Assembly: GCF_000002075.1 (NCBI RefSeq)
Contig: NW_004797517.1
Coordinates: 480,229-544,228, forward strand
Reading direction: 5' to 3'
From: Aplysia californica
Taxonomy: Eukaryota
DNA: 64,000 nt
The notes beneath the pieces were generated by a model that was not told the origin of the DNA, did no database searches, and saw nothing but the letters and a program-made list of their open reading frames with translations. Positions 1-10,848 of this stretch are shown one piece after another. The position numbers and the translations under genes are program-made. Each line of letters begins with the position of its first letter. Positions within the stretch are counted from its first letter, which is position 1.

Positions 1-74
1 TAAGGTAAGGGAGGGGGGGGTTAGCTTATTTAGGCCATATGTGGCCTAAATAAGGTCACCCATATTTAAATTAT

Positions 75-757
75 TTAAAATGTTGTACTTGCTTGAGGGT
101 GGTATCATTGATTTTGATATTGCATGTTGGGATTGGAGTTTTTCTGCTTATTACCATCGTTTCGGTTTTCTTGATGTTTAGGCTTAAGCCCATGTTGTCA
201 CTTTCTTATACGATGACATTTAATAGATTCTGCAGGTGTTCTTCATCTTCTGCTATTAGGACTGTGTCATATGCATATCTTAGATTGTTTATATTATGTC
301 CCCCTATCGAGACACCAGGCATTTCTTCTATGTGTCTCATGATTTTTTCACTAAACAGGGAGAACAAGTCTGGAGAAAGCACACATCCTTGTCTGACTCC
401 TCTTTTAATCTGTATGTATTCGCTGATGTCATTTTATATTCTCATTGCAGCAGTTTGATCCCAGTATTTCCCGTCGATATTAAGAACATGTTGATGATCT
501 TGTCGTGCCTAACTTTGTCGAATGCCTTGGTGTAGTCTATAAAACATAAATGAAGATCTTTCTTAACTTCTAGGGCACGTTCAATTGTTGTTCTGATGAC
601 ATATATGGCATTTACAGTGCCTTTACCTTCAATAAATCCACACTGTTCTTGGGCTATTTCTGGGAGAATTTTATTTCGTATTCTCATCATAATTATTCTG
701 AGTAATATTTTTGTTATGTGGCTCATGAGGCTGATGGTACGATGCGTTTCACATTCG
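75..757 (-). mobile_element. Degenerate RTE-clade LINE reverse transcriptase fragment
   Basis: HRTISLMSHITKILLRII, EQCGFIEGKG, CFIDYTKAFDKVRH; after a frameshift IKRGVRQGCVLSPDLF...INNLRYAYD (YADD mutated). Confidence 0.85.
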
Positions 758-1117
758 TTTGAGTGGAAGTTTGGGTGTTGTTGTTCTCTATTAGTTTTGA
801 TGTTTTGGAAGGTGGTGTTGTAGTTTGCTTGGAATGAGCTTTTGGAGAGAGATGTGTTTGCGATGTCTTCCTCTGTTTCAGCTGTGGTTCCATCCGGCCT
901 CTGGACGTGCCGGATGGTGTTTGTGCGCCTATCCAAAAAATGTTTAACGATTTTAAAAACTTGGTTGAGTGGTGTCGGGCTGTTGATTTTGGAGGTGTAT
1001 TTTCTGAATGATTGTCTTTTGCTCTCCCTGAGGCATCCATGTGCCTCAGCTCGAGCTTTTAAGTAATCAATTTTGTTTTCTGGGGTGGTGTTGTCGACGA
1101 CTCTTCGATATGCTGCC
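758..1117 (-). mobile_element. LINE ORF2 fragment from the region upstream of RT, resembling I/Nimb-type elements
   Basis: YLKARAEAHGCLRESKRQSFRKYTSKINSPTPLNQVFKIVK...EEDIAN...FQNIKTNREQQHPNFHSN. Clade assignment is from recall only. Confidence 0.55.
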
Positions 1118-1963
1118 TCAGTAAGCGCAGATAGGTATAGTATAAAAATTCCCTGATGATTTCCAACTTGCCCGACATAGACATAGAGCTGGCAGACTGC
1201 AGGCGGCTTTAAGCTCGGATCGGCGTTGTCGGCTTTATCGGAATCCAAACTACATTCTTATTAGGTCGAAAAGCTGGGAAAGGCGTCTCGCTGCCAACTC
1301 GCGACCTCAGTGCTTTCTTGTCGTATCTCCATTTTTAACAGTGAAAATGTGACTTCTTATACTGGGTGCTCACTACGGATGGGATCGGCCGATCGCGCCT
1401 CAAAAACAAACGTGTTTGTTTTCAGTTTCAGGCGATCGAGTCGGGCGATCGGCCCGATCCAGCCGTAGTGGGCACCCCGTATTAAGCGCACTCTTTGTTG
1501 TGAACTGCTTTCACTATTACTGTATTAATATTAAAAATGGAGATGCGACAAGAAAGCGCTGAGGTCGCGAAATCTCAATGCCGTCTCGTTGTCGCCAACT
1601 CGGGTTGAGCGGTTTGCGTGACGTCACCCGACTGGACTGGGGACAATTTTAAATGGCCATTTCAGAGCTGGTGCTTCACGGTAGACAAAAACTAATTACA
1701 TTTTTTTAAATCAGCGTCGTCAAATTAGGGTGGCAGCAGAAGAGAATTACATTTTAAGCAATATTTTTTAGGAATTTCGAGTTTTTTAAATCCCCAAATA
1801 AATGCTTCATAAATTATACCAGCTGTGTTGTGGAGTAATTTTTTTCTTATATCTAGACCTATGCTTTAGGCACCCTCTATGTAGAGTCAAACAGACACCT
1901 ACTGGCGTCCGTCCACGTCGTTCTTCAGCAGCTTAAGTTTCAGCGTTCTCTATATTATTGCCC
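1118..1963. mobile_element. Left-truncated copy of the PIF/Harbinger-type MITE at 22778-23424, with a nested mini-MITE
   Basis: Colinear similarity to 22815-23424; right TIR cagcgttctctatattattgccc. Confidence 0.8.
1360..1481. mobile_element. 122-bp palindromic MITE with TTA target-site duplication
   Basis: tta|tactgggtgctcactacgg...ccgtagtgggcaccccgta|tta. The paralog at ~23040 shows the empty site ctcc-tta-agctcac. Confidence 0.8.
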
Positions 1964-2215
1964 ATACGTAGGTGCCCAGATTTTAACTCCACAATGGGGA
2001 GAATGTTTATCGAGTTGGCCTATTTCTATAGACTGCTGAGATATTCCCCCCCCCCCCCCCCCGCCCCACAATATTGGTCTAACAGGTAGGGCTGATCAAT
2101 GATAGTGATAGTTCATGATCGAAATTATGTCGAAGGGGACGTAAAATCACCCAACACTAGATTTAAAAAAACAACAATAAACCGTCTTGGTCAGTGTAAT
2201 GTTAAACTGTACAGA

Positions 2216-2776
2216 GGGAGCTCTCGTAGCCAAGAGGTTTTAAGGTGCTCGCCTCTCATTCAATAGGTCCAGGATTCGAATTCGGATAGCGACAATTTTT
2301 TTCTTCTAACTTTTAAAAACTGTCTCCTTTCGCCTCCTTTCCCGTTTTCCAGCAATGTGCAGAGTTCTGTCGTCTGCTTTCGCCTCCACTTTCTGCCCCC
2401 ATCCCCTCACCTCCTTTGCCCCATCCTCTGGGCTCCTGACTCTTTCTGTAGCCTTTCCACTGCTACGCCCTGGCTCCTTCTCAGTAACTGCTGTCTTTCA
2501 GTTTTACTTTCACTCAGCCACACCCCTGATCTTATGGTAAGAGAGATCTACCTAACCTTCTCGAATTCTCGGAGAAGGCCGAAAAATCTCAGAGGTCCAG
2601 TGTGCAAGTTGTGCACGTTTAAGATCCCTTGGTGGTCCAAAATCGAGTAGGCTTCAGCCACCATCGGGGAAAAATCCAAAATTCCCTACTATCTGAAAAT
2701 GTTTAAAGTCCCATGCTCTCATATGAGCTTATGCAGATGCGAGTGCCGAAAAAACACTTACCAAACAAACAAAAAA
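2216..2776 (+). mobile_element. tRNA-derived SINE
   Basis: A-box-like tagccaagagg, B-box-like ggattcgaattc, pyrimidine-rich body, tail ending accaaacaaacaaaa. Homologous copies lie at 37585-38080 (-), 22715-23651 (-) and 38675-38825. Confidence 0.8.
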
Positions 2777-4383
2777 GGTGGAACATGGTTAGAGAGCAGG
2801 AAATGATGTCAAAGGAAACGTTTTAGATATTTAAAAAAATGTTCCGTCGCAGTCAGGCTTTGGACCCGAAACCTATAGAATGAGAGACAAACAACATAGA
2901 TCTACGTGTAACATCTAGACCACGAGAGCTGCCGAAAAACACTTACCAANNNNNNNNNNNNNNNNNNNNNNNNNNNNNNNNNNNNNNNNNNNNNNNNNNN
3001 NNNNNNNNNNNNNNNNNNNNNNNNNNNNNNNNNNNNNNNNNNNNNNNNNNNNNNNNNNNNNNNNNNNNNNNNNNNNNNNNNNNNNNNNNNNNNNNNNNAG
3101 GGGGAGGGGAGGGTATGGAGTAAAGTAGGATGATTAATCTGGATCTATATTTGTTTGTAATTTCAAAGCGCATTGAGAACTTTCTCAGTGGAATGCGGTG
3201 GCGGTGGTAGTAGTAGTGGCAGTAGCAGTAGTAGTACATGTACTTTGAGGTAGTGGTACCGTGGAACTCGGCTTCAACGAAAGAAAGGCATTGGATTCCC
3301 GGATTTTCTTAATAAGGAAAGCACTATTCCCAGTGTCACAGGGAATAGGCCCAGAAACCACAGGCAATAGGCCAGAATTGTCCCAAGTGTCACTGGGAAA
3401 AGGCCAAGAAACTATACCCAGCGACTCTTGAGAACAGACAGGCCCATTAGATCTATTGATAATTGTTCCCACACTGATCTACATGGGCATGATGATAATG
3501 GGTTACAATGTACTAAATACAAGATCTAGACTAAATATAATTTAGATCTGGATCTAGATTAAACTAAAGTAGATTCTGGTGTGAGTGGAATATCTTTTTT
3601 AAAGGAATGATCATTCTATGCTTGCTTTTNNNNNNNNNNNNNNNNNNNNNNNNNNNNNNNNNNNNNNNNNNNNNNNNNNNNNNNNNNNNNNNNNNNNNNN
3701 NNNNNNNNNNNNNNNNNNNNNNNNNNNNNNNNNNNNNNNNNNNNNNNNNNNNNNNNNNNNNNNNNNNNNNNNNNNNNNNNNNNNNNNNNNNNNNNNNGAT
3801 CTAATACGGATTTTGGAGACCACTGACCACGATACAACTAGACAGGTGGAAATCCTTCCCGATTCTCTTTTCTTCTTGATCTCTAGATCTAGGCTACGGT
3901 CAAGTCTAGGCCCAAGTAAGAGAAGAGAACAAAAGTACTTAACTGAAATGAGAAGAGAGTCCACAGTACACGTTAGAATAGAATCTACGCCTAGAATCTA
4001 TTTTTTGAAAAGCTGTCAATTTCTCTTCTTTGAAGAAGAACTTCACACACATTTTAATCTGCATCGCAATTTTGTTTCGAAGTTCGAAGTGAAAATCCAA
4101 AGGCAAAGACTTCTGATTTTTTTTAATGCAAAAGAGAACTTTCCGTTGTCACTGGGAATAGTTTCTGTACTATCCCCAGTGTCACTGGAAATAGTCACTT
4201 CGTTTTTTTAATTGATGAAAATAATTTTTTTTTAATAACTCGGATTCAATGAACACACATAAATAATATAAGTGAGCTCAGATTCAAAGAAGTCCCTTGC
4301 AAGGTGAATTGCTCTTTGTGACCAATCAGCGGCTTTCTTTCATTCCAACACACGCGTTGCTACCACGCATTCGAGTCTTAGTA

Positions 4384-5180
4384 CAGCAGAACTCGGATTC
4401 AACGAGGTCGCCGGGCCTGACCTAAAACCTCGTTGAATCCGAGTGTTCGCTAGAGCAAACATGAGGTTTTTTGTAGATTATTACATGCACTGAGCACATA
4501 TGTGTAAAGAGAAGTCACGAGTACAGTAGTGCCTGAAATGCCTGATATTATGAGCTGTGTAAAAAAAAGACCAATTCGTTCAAATGCACGCCTGTGTCAT
4601 CTCGATTATTTGCCAAAAAGTTGTGTTGCTGTGTAGAGCCGAGCACACGGCAACTCTTGATTCCATAGACCAGCGCTCAATACATTACGTAGATCTACGT
4701 CAATACATGTACTAGCTTATATAATAATGGTCAGTTGCTGAGGGGGAAAAAAAGACTGACGCGATTGTATTTCCGTCCGATACCATGACACAGTCACACG
4801 TGTGCAGGCCGCCCATCCGACCCCGACACACGCCAGAGTATACACGTGCGTGTGCCAACAACGCATGTGTTGGTATGAAAAAAGGACGCTGATTGGTCGC
4901 ATTCAATCGGCTTAGGGAGCAAAAGTTCACGATGCAAGTGCAATGGATGGTTTCCGTGAATAGATAACGTTCATTCTGGGAGAAAAATGAGCGAAGCCAC
5001 GTCTGTGGGGGCTGGTCGCCCTGGAAGCGACCTCGTTGAATCCCAGCTTGCTGATTTAAGTGCTCGTTGAATCCGGGTTATTTTTATTGATTTTAAAGAA
5101 GAAAAAAAAGGGGAATCTATCTCCTCTCGTTGAATCCGAGTTCTCGTGGAATCCGAGCTCTTTAAATCCGAGTTCCACTG
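4384..5180. mobile_element. pogo/Tigger-like (Tc1/mariner) MITE
   Basis: ta|cagcagaactcggattcaacg ... aaatccgagttccactg|ta with repeated subterminal tcgttgaatccgag. Related ends occur at ~3260, ~5730-5748 and 6250-6618. Confidence 0.65.
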
Positions 5181-5768
5181 TACTGTATGGGTCGGGGTTG
5201 GACATGCGGCCAACATATGACCTGTGACTGTGTGTGCGTGTGGGGGGGGAGGTTGCAAACGGTCCGGGCGTGGAACATCAATGGAGGCACAAAAGCGACT
5301 GTTATTTTTTTTCCCCCTGGTAACTGATCAATATTTCAACGATAAGCTTACCTTGACATAGATCTATGTAACGAATTGTGCGTAGGACTGTATAATCAAA
5401 CAACGCTGTATGTTTGGCTCTACACAGAAGCATGACTTGTTTAGCAAAAGTAAGATGATAGATGAAACAGGCATGCATTTGCACAAATCGGCTCTTTTGC
5501 ACAGTGTTTTCTTGGAAGAGTTCAGTGTATTTTCCTGCAATTTTTAGGTATCAAAGAAACGAAAATGCCTCATCATATTTGAAACCAAACTTCTTTTGAA
5601 TGAGAAAGTCGAATATATCGTACATTACTTGCTCGGTCCCTGTAATAATCTACACAAAAACCTCATAACTGCCATTTATAACGAACACTCTGATTCAACT
5701 AAATTGAAGGCCAGGCCAAAAGACCTCATTGAATCCGAGTTCCACTAGTATGTTGTGTGAGCTGTCTC

Positions 5769-5955
5769 TTTGTTTGTTTGTTTGTTTTAGGAGAGGTTTT
5801 ACTGCGCTTGCAACTGCACAAGGTCATATGAGCGGCAGAAGATTAGAGGTGTTACAAGAGAGTAACAAACATAAAAAAGATGGGGAGATAAGGACGACAG
5901 ATTTTTACAGGAAAGAAGAAGCAAACCACACCAGAGCACCCGCCAACCACCCACA
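5769..5955 (-). mobile_element. Short ~170-nt retroposon, copy A
   Basis: TSD agctgtctc (5760-5768 / 5956-5964); (AAAC)n tail on the minus strand; homologous to copies B-D. Confidence 0.8.
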
Positions 5956-8637
5956 AGCTGTCTCGGAAAATCCGGTTTTCATATTCCGCTATGTACGCAA
6001 AAACAAAATTTTAACCATAATTTCCTTAACACCCTACTGCAATAACTTTGGTATCAACATGCTCAGAATTGAAAGTTCTGATTGATTTTTCACTTAAATC
6101 CAATATGAAAATCTAGTGTTGGGTACCTAAAATTGTATCTCCCTCTACTGACCTTTCACACCCACACTGCTTGTGCTTCCTCCCTCAAGACTCAAGACAC
6201 ACTCATACTCACACAGACACACATGTGCTGGCCGCCCATCCCACCCCCACACACACGAAAACAGAAAGACACATGCACCTGCCAACAATGCGTGCGTTGG
6301 TATGAAAGAAGGCAGCTTACTGGTTGCATATAAAAGATAAAAAATAGGTTATGTGAAAAATAGTTAAGAGTGCAGGTGCCATGGATGGTTTTCATGAATA
6401 GATAAAGTTCGTAGCGGGAGAAAAATGAGTGAACCCACGTCAGTGGGGGGCTGTTGACCTTGCAAGTGCCTGCGTTGAATCCGAGCTTGCTCATTTATGT
6501 GTATGTTGGATCGGAGTCACTTTTTTTACCGATTTTATTGAATTTTTTATAAACAGGGAACTCATGTTATGTTGTAACCAAGTTTTCGTTAAATCAGTTG
6601 AATCCGAATTCCACTATAGTAGGGTATGAATGAGCAAAACCTCTAATCCAATACAGTTTTGATACATTCATACAGAATTCACAGCTCAACACATTTTAAC
6701 AAGCTGATCTAAATGTAGGCAAGCAGTGTAATGGGGTTTGTTTTTATGAATGAATTAAAGAAATCTTCAACAATATAGGCTCTGTCAGCAAATGTTCTCC
6801 TACAATTAGGCAGGATACTGGGGTAAAAAAACACAAAAACCTTACAAAATATGCTGTCTGTAAAATAAACACAAATCCTTATAAATTAGATAAAAGACTA
6901 AAGAATCAATTTCCTATTTTTATTTTATTTTTTAAAATCGACCTTTGACCTTTATTGTATGTATTATATTACTGATTTTTTTTATTAATAACTTTATAAA
7001 AAACAGGGAATCCTTCTCCTTTCATCGAGGGTGTTTCTTCAGTGGAGTGACAAGTTTCACTAAATCAAAATACTGTGGGCTAACTCTTGTGTCTTCTTCT
7101 ATAATTCAAATCAGGTTGGGTTGGTTCGGGGTTTTTTTTGCTTAATAAATTTTCAAGAAACCACTGAAACATTTCCAGCATAATATCATTGACATCATGT
7201 ACGAGAATTCATCGTTTTCCCATCTCTCTTAATTTTCCGTAATATTCTTGTTCTAAGACCAGTGTGTGCCGGCAGCTTTGAAAAAGTATGGGGACAGTCA
7301 GTCATGACCTGCCTGCTCTCTATACATAGACCCACTTTGTAAAAAATAACAGTAATTCAGACACAAAGAATAGATCATGACGCAGAAATTATTCATCGAC
7401 ACTCTTTAATAATTAATTCCGAAATCGACATATCCATCAAACATCTTTCAACAGACTAAATCAAATAGAGAATGCTAAAATGATACACTTAAAAACAAAA
7501 GATGACAGAAAAGATTGTGTTGTCTTAAAGGTGACCAGGGGAAATTGGGGGAAATACTTGTCTCTGGATAAAAATTTCCTACCCCAAATCTATTTAGTGA
7601 ATCTAACGTCTTAATCAACTGATCAAAACACTGGTAAATGTGTGGAATATTTACTTTGGTAGTCTTGAACAAAAAAGTCATCTCAAGCATCCATGGTTCA
7701 ACATCTTATGTTATTACGCCAGGCAATATGAATTGGAACACAACGAATCTAGAGGACCTACTCACAAAATTAACATATCCTCCTGTAACACATTACACCT
7801 TAACTTGCCCCGGATCGCCCGAGAATTTCCCTACATGCTCCACCCTAACTCGCCCGTTCTGACAAAGCGTCTTTAGAAACAGACGAGACGCTGAAGCAGA
7901 GATTTCATTTCGCATGGTTATTGCAAAATGTTTCTTCTTGATATCAAAACGAAATTTTTCAGGCCAGTAGTTTTAGTGCCTATAGAAGTACGATCGCATT
8001 TCCGACACATTGAAGGTGTCTAAACTTGTTGAAAACCAACACACTTGAGTTTGAAAAAAGAAATAACTATGGATTTGAGCAAGAATAAGCAAATGACAAA
8101 TCAGATTCATCAGATACTGAAGAAAATGTAGGAGGAGTTTGGAGCGATTCAAATTGATCAGATGTAGAATTTAGATCTAGGACCTGACCACGAAGCTAAC
8201 AGAGTGAGAGTGACGGGTCAGACACCACGACTGAAATAAAGTTAGAACATTTCCAACAGTTTATGCATATAAAGTAATATTTTTCTGAAACCACATTCAT
8301 TTCTCTTTCTAATTTTTATTCTTTAAAGGATTTTGGGAATTTGTTTAGCATTTTAAAAATGTGTTTTTTAAATGTTTGTATTCCTTCCCCTTGTTTAGGA
8401 TTTGGGAATACAGACTTCCTGTCCAGACCCTTAGGCTGTAATGCATTGAGCTTTTTATAAATTCCTACAAAATTAAAGATTTTGTTTAAACTAAAATTTT
8501 AAAAAGTTCTTAATTTCATTCTCTGAAAAAGCACTGGTCTTCATCTGCATATCATGTCGTTCAAATAGAAATCTAAGAAAGTACAAAGGTACGAGTGAGA
8601 AGCTAGAAACAAATGCAAACAGCACAGGCTCCTAGAT

Positions 8638-8808
8638 TCAGTCACTCATATCCATGTCCACAGTCTGATGATCAGTGTCCTTCTCCATGGAGTGCAGCTG
8701 AGGTGGGGAACTGCTGTGAGAGTGGGCTCGGGCACTGTCACTTGCCTCTCTTTCTTTCTCACTCCCACTTGCAAACCCTTTTTCTTCTTCATCATAATCC
8801 CTTTTTAT
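8638..8808 (-). CDS. SRSF11/SREK1: SRSF11/SREK1-like terminal coding exon with stop codon
   Basis: tctctgcAG|; IKRDYDEEEKGFASGSEKEREASDSARAHSHSSSPPQLHSMEKDTDHQTVDMDMSD*TGA. RDYDEEE and the terminal DMDMSD recall the vertebrate SRSF11 C-terminus. Confidence 0.93.
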   Translation of the reverse strand: MKRDYDEEEKGFASGSEKEREASDSARAHSHSSSPPQLHSMEKDTDHQTVDMDMSD

Positions 8809-8895
8809 CTGCAGAGACAAAGAATTTAAAAAGTTTCTAAATGCTAAAAAAACATTAGATAAATCCCAATCAAAACACCAAAGCTGCTATAAATA

Positions 8896-9599
8896 CAGGG
8901 CTGCCCACCCAGTAGAATACGATTTAGTAATCAAGAAATAGAAAATTATTCATCTGGCTTAAGAATTTGTTATATGGATATGGCTTGTCTTCTTCCATGG
9001 GTTGTAGTCGAGTATAAATGTAACGTAAATAAAGGCATGAATGAAAAAAGGGGTCTCGCCGGGCTCTTATTGAGTTAAGAAAAAATTAAGGTGTGTGTGT
9101 GTGTGTGTGTGTGAGTTACTGCTTGCAGAAACAAAAGAAACCTTTGGAACTACTGAATACATCACATCATGCCACGCACCCACCATAGGTGTTTCAATTT
9201 TCAAACAATGATCCATTTTAAAAAATTCTCTCATTGGTCTAGGATGTCACCCACAACACAAAAGGCCAAGAATTTTCTAATACTATGTCAACCTAATGTT
9301 TGCCTTACTCCTGGCTTTGGCACTTCTAAAGTTCTATTATTTTTAAAAGGGTAAACTGACACTGGGAACTGAGGGACTACAAGGGCTCAATACAAAGAGG
9401 ATGCTAAAGTGACGTAGTAGCATAGGCTGTCAGGGTCTAGTAAGTTTTTTCCCCCTTATTAAGCACCTGGAAGGTAAGCAGAGGTCTGGAGAAGCCAAAC
9501 TTTTTTACAATCAGAATTAGGATTATTACAATCGTATTTTCGTAAAATTGAATAAAAATCATAATCGTTCCGCCACATTCACAATGATGGGCAGCCCTG
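8896..9599. mobile_element. hAT-like MITE in the last intron
   Basis: TIR cagggctgccca / tgggcagccctg with subterminal inverted aatacgatt/aatcgtatt; TSD not resolved. Confidence 0.55.
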
Positions 9600-9869
9600 C
9601 AAATCTCAAGAGGTTCTGGACAGCGAAAAATACAGAGAAAAGAAAATGCAGCTACACCGGCACATATCCATACTTCGACTAAAAAATCTGCAGGCAAGAT
9701 TTTTACCCCTTAATCTGAATTGTTATTTTAAAAACACAAAAATCATTCCAAGCTTACAATTATGGGTACGTTTTTTCTCAAAAAACATTGGCAGGCATGA
9801 CCCTGACTATCTCTCCTCCACAGGATGACTGGGTACAAGGGTGTTAAACACAAGATTATCCATACTGAC

Positions 9870-9996
9870 CTTTGAAGAACTGCTTGATTCTTTTTTTTTA
9901 TCATCCTTGTCACGAGTCGACTTTTTCTTGCTCTCATGCTTTCTGTCCCTATCACGATCTCGGCTGCGGCTTCTTTTGCTGCGATCTCTTTTGGAC
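9870..9996 (-). CDS. SRSF11/SREK1: SRSF11/SREK1-like exon (RS/RD/K-rich)
   Basis: ttttttttAAG|...|GTcagt; 127 nt; KSKRDRSKRSRSRDRDRDRKHESKKKSTRDKDDKKKESSSSSK. Confidence 0.88.
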
Positions 9997-10848
9997 CTTA
10001 AAAAAAAAGATATATAATGAACAGTTTTAAAGTGTTATTGCCCTAAACGAGTATTTTGCTATCCATGAATTTCTGTACCAGCAGTTGGAAACTATAGAAT
10101 ATTTCATAAAAATAATTAATGACTTTTTGTCTTCAAGCAAAACATAAGCAGGGTCCAGGGACAGCGTCCCGGTGGGGATCCAGGGGGCGAAGTACCCGAA
10201 GAAATTAAAATTTAGAGCTTTTAGAGGGTTGAAAATGGTGAAGACGTTGCCTGCAAACCATAACATTTATTTTTCCACCAACATTTTGTCTAGTTTGATT
10301 TCTTCACCAAGATCTGCATAATATATTTCCATTGATGGCAATGTTTAAAAGCAGGTTCCCCTTCCATTGCTACTATAATTCAATTAATTCATCGCACCAT
10401 TGATAGAAGGCAAACCTTGGGAATAATGAATAGATATGTAGGCCTACCTTCATGATACAGTTAGTTACCCAGCGTATACACTAATTTTCCTTAAATTTCA
10501 CGACTGAAATTATAAGTCACAACCTCGGAACACCACTTCGAATTATTCTTGATTTTTTGGTAGTTTTAGGCAGGTTTTAGCATAAATTTCTTTCATCGTG
10601 GCCCTTATGGGGTTCCCGTGCCGTAGAATCTTCGTATTGATCATTTCTCTAGATCTAGACAAATTTGTAAAAAAGTTTCTTTCTGACAGTAATTTTCTGT
10701 CAAGGATCACAAGTCAATTTACTTGATCAATGTGCAGATTTTCCAGCCGTGGCAACAATCCAAAGATAGACGGAATGAGTGAATATTGGAAAGGAGGAAA
10801 TTGGCACAAAAAAGTTCGGCAGATTTTTATCAATCCACAGGTAAAAAT

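Noticed and set aside
2216-2295. tRNA-like sequence
   Set aside because: It continues into a SINE body present in several diverged copies, and I cannot fold a convincing cloverleaf.
2943-4211. Long ORFs spanning N runs (also 38668-39364)
   Set aside because: They are open only because of assembly gaps.
6900-8637. Poly(A) site of the SR gene
   Set aside because: Several minus-strand AATAAA hexamers exist (e.g. 8315-8320, 6919-6924), but none can be chosen without transcript data.
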